NCBI GenBank assembly: GCA_041752695.1
Contig: JBGSVZ010000061.1
Coordinates: 1 to 23,939, forward strand
Origin: Terrimicrobiaceae bacterium
Lineage (GTDB): Bacteria; Verrucomicrobiota; Verrucomicrobiia; Chthoniobacterales; Terrimicrobiaceae
Reading direction: 5' to 3'
Length of the DNA: 23,939 bases
The position numbers and the translations under genes were made by a program. This document shows positions 18,048 through 23,939 of this stretch, one piece after another. Each line of letters begins with the position of its first letter. Positions within the stretch are counted from its first letter, which is position 1. Below the pieces are notes generated by a model, which did no database searches, was not told the origin of the DNA, and worked only from the letters and a program-made list of their open reading frames with translations.

Positions 18048-18437
18048 ATGGCCCACGACGAAAAAAGCCTCCGGCGCATGCGCTCGCTCCGCATCAAGCC
18101 GGACGATTTGGAAGAATCTTTCTCGCGTTCGTCCGGTCCGGGCGGCCAGCACGTCAACAAGGTGAGCACCGCTTGCACCATCCGCCACCTGCCCACGGGA
18201 ACTGCGGTGACGGCGTCGGACAGCCGCTCGCAATCGATGAATCGCCAACTTGCGTTGGAGCGATTGCTGGACGTTTTTGAAAAACAGCGGACGGAAAAGC
18301 GCCTGCAGCACCTAGCGGAAATCTCCAAGGCCCGACGGCAGAAAGCAAAACGTTCGCAGGGCACGAAACGGAAACTGGTGGAGGGCAAACGTAAACGCGG
18401 CGAGACCAAGAAGCTGCGCGGGCGCGTCGAAACGTGA
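18048..18437 (+). CDS. arfB: Alternative ribosome-rescue peptidyl-tRNA hydrolase ArfB/YaeJ-like (RF-1 domain), intact copy
   Basis: 'LEESFSRSSGPGGQHVNKVSTA', 'SRSQ..NRQLALERL', and a basic C-terminal tail 'KRKRGETKKLRGR'. Confidence 0.88.
   Translation: MAHDEKSLRRMRSLRIKPDDLEESFSRSSGPGGQHVNKVSTACTIRHLPTGTAVTASDSRSQSMNRQLALERLLDVFEKQRTEKRLQHLAEISKARRQKAKRSQGTKRKLVEGKRKRGETKKLRGRVET
18144..18160 (+). repeat. 17-bp direct repeat GGCCAGCACGTCAACAA, copy 1 (putative attL core, inside the GGQ codons)
   Basis: Identical to 23025-23041. Similarity between the two loci begins exactly here. Confidence 0.6.
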
Positions 18438-18482
18438 AGTTGTCCCGGCGGTTCCGTCTGCGGTTCAATCTTGCGCCGCCCA

Positions 18483-18566
18483 TTGGCCGCCATCCTCGCG
18501 AAGCTCAGGCAGGAGAATCGCCTCGTCGCCAGCGTCCACGCCATCGGACCGCTCAGGGGTCGCTGA
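18483..18566 (+). pseudogene. Possible 3' remnant of a LuxR-type HTH gene
   Basis: Translates LAAILAKLRQENRLVASVHAIGPLRGR*, resembling the 'H..IL.KL.V.NR' end of LuxR HTH domains. No upstream part is present. Confidence 0.35.
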
Positions 18567-18567
18567 T

Positions 18568-18583
18568 CCCCCACGTGTGGGGG
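18568..18583. promoter_or_regulatory. Palindromic operator-like box CCCCCAC-GT-GTGGGGG
   Basis: Perfect 7-2-7 inverted repeat about 85 bp upstream of the PEP-CTERM gene start. 7-2-7 spacing is known for NarL/LuxR-family dimers. Confidence 0.5.
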
Positions 18584-18667
18584 TAGACGGGCAGGCTGCA
18601 ACTGGTGTAAACTTCCTTCCGTGAAAATTCCGTCCCTGCCCGTCGGCGATTCCAAGCCAGGATCCCC

Positions 18668-21322
18668 ATGAATCCTTCGTTTCGCCCGATCCTCGGCGCG
18701 GCGCTCTTCGGAGCGTCGGCCCTGACGGGCCTGGCCGCGACATTCGACTTCACGGCCACCTCCGGGGCCTGGGAGAACTCCGCGAACTGGTCGCCCGTTG
18801 GACTTCCGGGCTCCGGCGATTTCGCGCGTATCTCCGACAACGACGGGGCTATCCTGACCAGCGCAAGGACGGTCGCGACCGTCCAGGTGAGCAACGTCGG
18901 CTCCCTCGAGATCAGTGGCGGCGGCAGCCTCTCCGCTTCCTACGTCCTCGTGTTTGGCTCGATCCTCAACAACCGCAGCCTGTTCCTCTCCGGCGGCAGC
19001 CTCTCCGTGCAGGGGAGCCCCGGCATCCTCGCCGTCCCCGGCCGCATGGACGCCACTGCCGGCTCGTCGGTTGACGCCCGCCGGATGGAGCTTACCGGCT
19101 CCGACGTGGACCTCCGCATCAGCGACTCCCAACTCACGGTCGATGATCTCTTCGTCGACGCGCTCACGGCCCCCAATCTTCCCGCCGGGAAGATGCAGTT
19201 CACCGACTCCACGGTCACCACCCGCCAGAGCGAGTTCATCTACGGCGTCGTCAACCTCACCCGCTCCACCTGGAACAGCAACGGGACGATGGTCCTCGGC
19301 AACGCGCCGCTCACCTTGTCGTCCGACAGCACGATGAACCTCAGCGCGCTGAGCCTCCGTCCCATGAGCACCGTGTCCGTCAACGTCAATTCGGGGTCCC
19401 GTCTTCGCATCGACGCCCTCTCCACGGGCCCGCTCGTCGGCGGGTCCTTCACCCTCACGGATGGCACGCTGGCCAACGGGGGGAACATCGTCAACGTCCT
19501 GCCGGTCACCGTCGCCGGCGCCTCGACCATCGATTCCGGGCTTGGGGTCTTTACCCAACTCGGCTCCCTCTCCGGCACCACGCTCACCAAAACCGGCGAA
19601 GGCTCCCTCAACCTCGGCGCCACCGCGAATTCCCTCACCACCGTGCGCATCGCCGAAGGCGTCCTGCAGGTCGGCAGCGGAGCCGTGCTAACCCCCGGCA
19701 CTATGATCCTCGGCTCCGAGGGCGGCCGGCACGGCATCTTCCGGCTCTCCGCCGGCGGCACCCTGCGCATGCAGGGCCTCGACACCCTCGCGCTCGGCGA
19801 TGGCACCGGGGAATTGAACCTGAACGGGGGTTTCCTCGACATCACCGGCGCCTTCCGCACCTCCGTTCCGATCACCCTCTCCGGCGTGTCCCTCATCGAC
19901 ACCCGGGACACGACGGCCACCCTCAACGGCGTCCTCAGCGGTGCCGGCGAACTCCAGAAAACCGGCGACGGCACCCTCTTCCTCACCGCCAACAACACCC
20001 ACACCGGCGGCACCACGATGTATGCCGGCACGATCGAGTTCGGCGCCGGCGGCCTCGGCACCGGCCGCGTCCGCCCCCTTGGGGGCACCCTGCGCTGGGC
20101 CGCGGGAAACACCGAGGACATCTCGAACCGCCTCGAAATCAGCAGCGCCGGCGGCACCCTCGACCTCCAGGCCAACGACGTGACGTTCGCCTCCGCGATC
20201 GCGACTTCCGGCCCCCTCACGAAAGCGGGCTCCGGCACCCTCCAGCTCACCGCCAACGCCTCCGTCGCGGCGCTGCGGATCGCCGGTGGCTCCGTGCACG
20301 TCGGCAGCGGCGGGGCGCTAACGACGGGGGAGCTGATCCTCGGAAGTCAAACCGGCGCTTCGGGAAATTTTCGCCTGGGTTCCGGCGGTGCGCTCAACGT
20401 CGGTGGCTCCGATGGCATCCGCCTCGGCCCCGGCGGCGGCTCGTTCCAACTCGCGGGCGGACTCCTCAAGGTGACAAACAGCAGCCTCACCACATCCGTG
20501 GACATGGTGCTTTCGAGCAGTTCACTCATCGACACCAGCGGCGTCACGGCCACGCTCTCCGGCGTCCTGTCCGGGGACGGCACCCTTTCCAAAACCGGGG
20601 CGGGCACCCTGCTCCTCACCAGCAACAACATCTACACTGGCGGCACGGTCCTCTACGCCGGCACCCTGCAAGTGGACGGCGCCGTCGGCAACGTCAGCGT
20701 CCAGCCGGGCGCTCAGCTCACCGGAAACGGACGGACCGAATTCATCACCCTCGAATCCGGTGCCATCCTGGCGCCTGGCGATGGCATCGGCACCCTGTCA
20801 GGAAGCGGACTCGCCTGGCACGCCGGGGCAGAGCTTCGGTTCGAACTGGGCCCCGATTCGTCCGACCGGCTTCTTGTCGACGGCGCCTTCGAGAATCGTG
20901 GTTCCGGCTCGTATGTCTTCGATTTTGTCGATGCGGACTGGGAGGCCGAAACGACCTACACGCTCGTTCGATTTCTTTCCACGGACTTTACTGTAGGGGA
21001 CTTCTCCTACCGCAACAGCGACGGCTTCGCCGGAACCTTTGCGCTCAGCGGCGACCGTCTCACTTTCTATGTCTCCGCCGTGCCCGAGCCGAGCACCACG
21101 GCCCTCGCCATCGCCGGGATCGCGTTACTGGGATCGATGGGCCGCCGCCGATTCCGCAGCGAGCAATGGGAGGAACGGAAAAACGCCAGCAGCGGCAGGC
21201 GGAAATCTCCAAAGACCGGCGGCAAAAAGCCGAGCGATCGCGGGGCACAAAGCGCAAACTCGTGGAAGGCAAACGCCAGCAGCGGCGAGACGAAAAAGCT
21301 GCGCGGCCGCATCGCACTGTAG
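18668..21322 (+). CDS. PEP-CTERM surface protein with autotransporter-associated beta-strand repeats; C-terminus reads through into an arfB remnant
   Basis: Signal peptide, 'W...ANWSP.G.PG', four 'L.K.G.G.L.L' repeats (two followed by 'NN..TGGT..YAGT'), and 'VPEPSTTALAIAGIALLGSMGRRRFR' followed by an abnormal tail of about 55 aa. Confidence 0.9.
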   Translation: MNPSFRPILGAALFGASALTGLAATFDFTATSGAWENSANWSPVGLPGSGDFARISDNDGAILTSARTVATVQVSNVGSLEISGGGSLSASYVLVFGSILNNRSLFLSGGSLSVQGSPGILAVPGRMDATAGSSVDARRMELTGSDVDLRISDSQLTVDDLFVDALTAPNLPAGKMQFTDSTVTTRQSEFIYGVVNLTRSTWNSNGTMVLGNAPLTLSSDSTMNLSALSLRPMSTVSVNVNSGSRLRIDALSTGPLVGGSFTLTDGTLANGGNIVNVLPVTVAGASTIDSGLGVFTQLGSLSGTTLTKTGEGSLNLGATANSLTTVRIAEGVLQVGSGAVLTPGTMILGSEGGRHGIFRLSAGGTLRMQGLDTLALGDGTGELNLNGGFLDITGAFRTSVPITLSGVSLIDTRDTTATLNGVLSGAGELQKTGDGTLFLTANNTHTGGTTMYAGTIEFGAGGLGTGRVRPLGGTLRWAAGNTEDISNRLEISSAGGTLDLQANDVTFASAIATSGPLTKAGSGTLQLTANASVAALRIAGGSVHVGSGGALTTGELILGSQTGASGNFRLGSGGALNVGGSDGIRLGPGGGSFQLAGGLLKVTNSSLTTSVDMVLSSSSLIDTSGVTATLSGVLSGDGTLSKTGAGTLLLTSNNIYTGGTVLYAGTLQVDGAVGNVSVQPGAQLTGNGRTEFITLESGAILAPGDGIGTLSGSGLAWHAGAELRFELGPDSSDRLLVDGAFENRGSGSYVFDFVDADWEAETTYTLVRFLSTDFTVGDFSYRNSDGFAGTFALSGDRLTFYVSAVPEPSTTALAIAGIALLGSMGRRRFRSEQWEERKNASSGRRKSPKTGGKKPSDRGAQSANSWKANASSGETKKLRGRIAL
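21175..21322 (+). pseudogene. arfB: arfB 3' fragment (copy 2), frameshifted
   Basis: From 21175 reads TEKRQQRQAEISKDRRQKAERSRGTKRKLVEGKRQ, then after a +1 shift GETKKLRGRIAL*. Aligns with the last ~48 aa of the other two copies. Confidence 0.85.
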
Positions 21323-21406
21323 CGCCCCAAATCCTGAAACCCGTATTCGGAGGCAACGAACAAGAATTTGTGGACATATTTGAACGTTTCTGGCGTTTCT
21401 TCCTCC

Positions 21407-22918
21407 ATGTCCGAAACCCCCGAAATCCAGCCCGAAGGCCCCTCTCGGCGGCGTTTTCTGGGCAACACACTCCGCAGTCTCGCCCTCGCCCCTTTTGCCA
21501 ACGCCCTGCCTGCCGCCGCGCAAGGGAACGCTGCTCCTGCGGCACCCGGCGCATCGAAAGAAATCTTGATCCTCGGCGCGGGCATGTCGGGACTCACCGC
21601 CGCGCTGTCGCTGCACCGCGCTGGGCACACCGTGAAGGTGATCGAATACCAAAAACGCGTGGGCGGGAGGCTGCTCTCGGTGCCGCTCAAAGGCGGACAA
21701 TTCACCGAGGCGGGTGGCGGGCACTTCCGCTCGAACATGCCGTATGTGCTCAGTTACATCCGGCACTTCGGCCTGCCGCTGCTCTGCATGAACGACGGGC
21801 TGCCCCGCTACCTGTATGACGGCAAGACGGCGGAGTCCGCAAATCTCGCGAACTGGCCCTGGGATCTCAAACCGGAGGAACGTAATGTGACCGTGTCCTC
21901 GCTGCTGAATCATTATCTTTTTGTCAACGGCCTGGATACCGACACGGTGCTGGCGGCGGGCTGGCCCGATCCGGCGACGCGCCATCGGCTGGACAGTCTC
22001 ACCGTGGGGGATCTCATTCGCAAAGCGGGCGGCTCGGAGGCGTTCCTCAAAGTGCTCGATGCCCACGGGGGCACCTTCACAAGCGGCTCTCCCGCCCTGG
22101 GAGCGATCCCCGACTTGGCCTACCATTTTGGCGACCAAAATCTTTTCCGCATTCGCGGAGGCAACGACCGGCTGCCCCAGGCAATGGCTAAGGTGTTGGG
22201 CGACCGGATCGTCCTGGACGCCCCGGTGATCTCCATCAACCAATCGGGAGCGAAGGTTGTGGTCACGGTCAAGGACGGGCGGGAATTCACCGGCGACGCG
22301 ATCATTTCAACCATCCCCTTTACCGTGCTGCAAGACGTGACGGTGACCCCGGCTTGGACGCCGCGGAAGAAGACTATGTTTGAGCAAATGGAGTGGGACA
22401 AAACGGTGAAGGTGATCGTTCAGACCAAGACCCCCGCGTGGCTCTCGCAGCGCGTGCATGGCTGGCCGATGGCCGGTTCCGATCAGGCCTGGGAGCGGGT
22501 GGTGGACATCACCGGGAACGAATCGGGCGGCTACGGAAACGTGTTTTTCTACCTCAACGGAACGAACGCGGAGCGTTTGCTCGCCCGACCGCGGGAGACG
22601 CGGGCTCAGGAGGTGGTGGATCTTTTCATGAAGGACATGCCCGGCCTCTTCGACGAAGTCGTAACCGTGCAGGACTTCGCCTGGTCCGAACAACCCTGGA
22701 TTCGCGCATCTTTCGGTGGTCCGCCCTTGGGTGGAGCCTGGATGATCGACGAGTGGACGAAACCGGAGGGCCGTATTCACTTCGCCGGAGATTTCACCAC
22801 GATGAAATCCGGCTGGGTGGAAGGCGCGATCGAGTCCGGCCTGCGAGCCGCACGTCAGATCGACCCGACCGCAAAACCCGAGGCGGAACCAAGCCTGCGC
22901 CAGGAAATCACGGCCTGA
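21407..22918 (+). CDS. Tat-exported flavin-dependent amine / L-amino-acid oxidase family protein
   Basis: The ATG at 21407 gives the 'SRRRFL' Tat motif and an Ala-rich signal. 'ILGAGMSGL.AA..L...GH.V.VIE...RVGGR', 'EAGG', 'I.GGNDRLP.A', 'IHFAGDFT...GWVEGAIESGLRAA'. Confidence 0.9.
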   Translation: MSETPEIQPEGPSRRRFLGNTLRSLALAPFANALPAAAQGNAAPAAPGASKEILILGAGMSGLTAALSLHRAGHTVKVIEYQKRVGGRLLSVPLKGGQFTEAGGGHFRSNMPYVLSYIRHFGLPLLCMNDGLPRYLYDGKTAESANLANWPWDLKPEERNVTVSSLLNHYLFVNGLDTDTVLAAGWPDPATRHRLDSLTVGDLIRKAGGSEAFLKVLDAHGGTFTSGSPALGAIPDLAYHFGDQNLFRIRGGNDRLPQAMAKVLGDRIVLDAPVISINQSGAKVVVTVKDGREFTGDAIISTIPFTVLQDVTVTPAWTPRKKTMFEQMEWDKTVKVIVQTKTPAWLSQRVHGWPMAGSDQAWERVVDITGNESGGYGNVFFYLNGTNAERLLARPRETRAQEVVDLFMKDMPGLFDEVVTVQDFAWSEQPWIRASFGGPPLGGAWMIDEWTKPEGRIHFAGDFTTMKSGWVEGAIESGLRAARQIDPTAKPEAEPSLRQEITA

Positions 22919-22999
22919 AGAAACTCTTCCGGTCAGCCATGCACTATTGGCCTTCGCCACGACATTTGACGAACACTCGGTAATCGATGCAGCCAAACT

Positions 23000-23025
23000 C
23001 CAATTCGCCGTCCAGGGTGAATTGG
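23000..23025. repeat. Imperfect inverted repeat abutting the 17-bp core
   Basis: CCAATTCGCC-GTCCAG-GGTGAATTGG: 10-bp stem with one G:T pair. Its last base is the first base of the direct repeat. Confidence 0.6.
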
Positions 23026-23041
23026 GCCAGCACGTCAACAA
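23025..23041 (+). repeat. 17-bp direct repeat GGCCAGCACGTCAACAA, copy 2 (putative attR core)
   Basis: Identical to 18144-18160. The sequence upstream is unrelated to arfB. Confidence 0.6.
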
Positions 23042-23318
23042 AGTCTCGACCGCCTGCACGATTCGACATGTGCCAACCGGGATTTCGGTGACCGCCTCGG
23101 ACAGTCGGTCGCAATTTCAGAACCGACAACTCGCGCTGGAGCGATTGCTGGAGGTTTTCGAAAAGCAGCGGGAGGAGAAACGTCAGCAGCGACTGGCGGA
23201 AATTTCCAAGACGCGGAGGCAGAAGGCGAAGCGCTCCCGTGGCACCAAGCGCAAGCTGGTCGAAGGCAAACGCAAACGCGGCGAGACAAAAAAACTGCGC
23301 GGTCGTGTTGCGGGGTAA
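23025..23318 (+). pseudogene. arfB: arfB 3' portion (copy 3): 5'-truncated at the GGQ motif, otherwise open (within ORF 22947..23318, where GGQ reads LGQ)
   Basis: 97 codons GQHVNKV...KKLRGRVAG*, 84/97 aa identical to copy 1 by hand alignment. The first 32 codons of arfB are absent. Confidence 0.85.
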
Positions 23319-23367
23319 CTTCCTTCCGCATGTTCTCCCAAGGGCCTGCCCCTGGCCGACACGTTCC

Positions 23368-23826
23368 TTACCCTCCCAGCCAGAGGGACATTAGAGCAGC
23401 CCGGCCATTGACGCCGAATTTTTCGTAGATGGCTTTGATGTATTTGTGAGTCGTGGCGGTGTTCTGGCCGAGTGAGAGGGCGATTTCCTTTTCGGTAAGG
23501 CCGGTGAGCAGCTTTTGCACGATGCGCCGGGAGACCGGGCTGAGGGGGGAGTCGCCAATGAGGAGGCCGCGGCTCAGAAAAAGCCGACGATGAAATTCCC
23601 GCACCCCGCGCAGAGCGGCGGAGACCAGGCCGTTATCGCGCTTGGAAAAGTGTGGGGAAGATCCCGTGCGATCGATGAGGAAGACGGATTCCGTGTCGGC
23701 GTTCAGCGGAAAACTCACCCAAATGCGGTCGCTGATGCCGAGCTCGGTGTAGTGGAGCTTGTAGTGCTCGCTCCGGCGGAACTCGCCAAAGGGAATCCAG
23801 CCGTCACGCATCCGGTGGGCGCGGAA
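23368..23826 (-). pseudogene. LuxR-family HTH transcriptional regulator, 5'-truncated by the IS
   Basis: C-terminal 'LSPVSRRIVQKLLTGLTEKEIALSLGQNTATTHKYIKAIYEKFGVNGRAALMSLWLG'. The track's start (23841, MGSTS) lies inside the IS terminal repeat. Confidence 0.8.
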
Positions 23827-23939
23827 TGAGGTGGACCCCATTTTCCGACCAAAAGAGCGGTAAAATAGGTTATGCGAGGTTCGCTTGGAAAGGTGTTGTT
23901 ATTGGTTGTGGTGATCTGTGGATTCTCATTGCGTCCAAA
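23827..23939 (-). mobile_element. Other end (probable IRR) of the IS3-family element, running off the window edge
   Basis: Plus strand from 23827 reads TGAGGTGGACCCCATTTTCCGACCA versus the left-end TGAGGTGGACCCCAAAAATCGGACCA. GC drops abruptly after 23851 and the interior differs from the left end, as expected for the opposite terminus. Confidence 0.8.

Noticed and set aside
18036..18050. TATCCT 6 nt before the arfB ATG as a leaderless -10 promoter
   Set aside because: Plausible, but there is no convincing -35 and a hexamer alone is insufficient evidence.
18048..18437. Calling the GGQ protein prfA, prfB or prfH
   Set aside because: Only 129 aa, with no codon-recognition domains, a basic C-terminal tail and no adjacent rtcB. 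This fits ArfB.
18035..19558. 507-aa minus-strand ORF (and 19240..20256, 21125..22243) over the arfB/PEP-CTERM/oxidase region
   Set aside because: Antisense shadows of GC-rich genes with strong codon bias. They have no recognisable motifs, and none looks like an integrase.
21166..21819. 217-aa plus-strand ORF starting with ArfB-like sequence
   Set aside because: Only the first ~37 codons are the arfB remnant. The rest runs out of frame through the oxidase gene.
18610..23328. 12-bp repeat AACTTCCTTCCG at 18610-18621 and 23317-23328
   Set aside because: Short, low complexity, and not at equivalent positions relative to the arfB copies. It could be chance or a shared promoter-like motif, and is not supportable as an att site.
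1..23939. CRISPR arrays, tRNA/rRNA genes, integron attC arrays, reverse transcriptase or DGR
   Set aside because: No regularly spaced repeats, RNA-gene signatures or RT/integrase motifs were seen. Differences between arfB copies are mostly synonymous and not adenine-specific, so they are not a DGR template/variable pair.

Overview
GC-rich bacterial window, probably a whole contig from a Verrucomicrobiota genome (inferred from the PEP-CTERM/autotransporter-repeat protein, the AraC style and the TPR protein). Both ends run into termini of the same IS3-family element (TGAGGTGGACCCCA...), and each terminus truncates a gene. From left to right it holds an AraC-linked carbohydrate cluster (Gfo/Idh/MocA oxidoreductase, CBM-like protein, 1219-aa glycoside hydrolase-like protein, sialate O-acetylesterase, oligogalacturonate lyase-like protein, repeat protein), a housekeeping block (xseA-bioB-rpiB-GDPD; TPR, membrane and aldose-epimerase genes; a 45-aa membrane ORF missing from the track), and an unusual 5.3-kb arfB locus. 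In that locus one intact arfB (GGQ ribosome-rescue factor) is followed by cargo genes (PEP-CTERM surface protein, Tat-exported flavin amine oxidase) interleaved with two further, synonymously diverged arfB 3' fragments. The last fragment starts exactly inside the GGQ codons at a 17-bp direct repeat flanked by a hairpin. The best reading is that arfB is an integration hotspot for elements carrying their own replacement 3' end. No integrase is present in the window, so this mechanism is inferred rather than seen.
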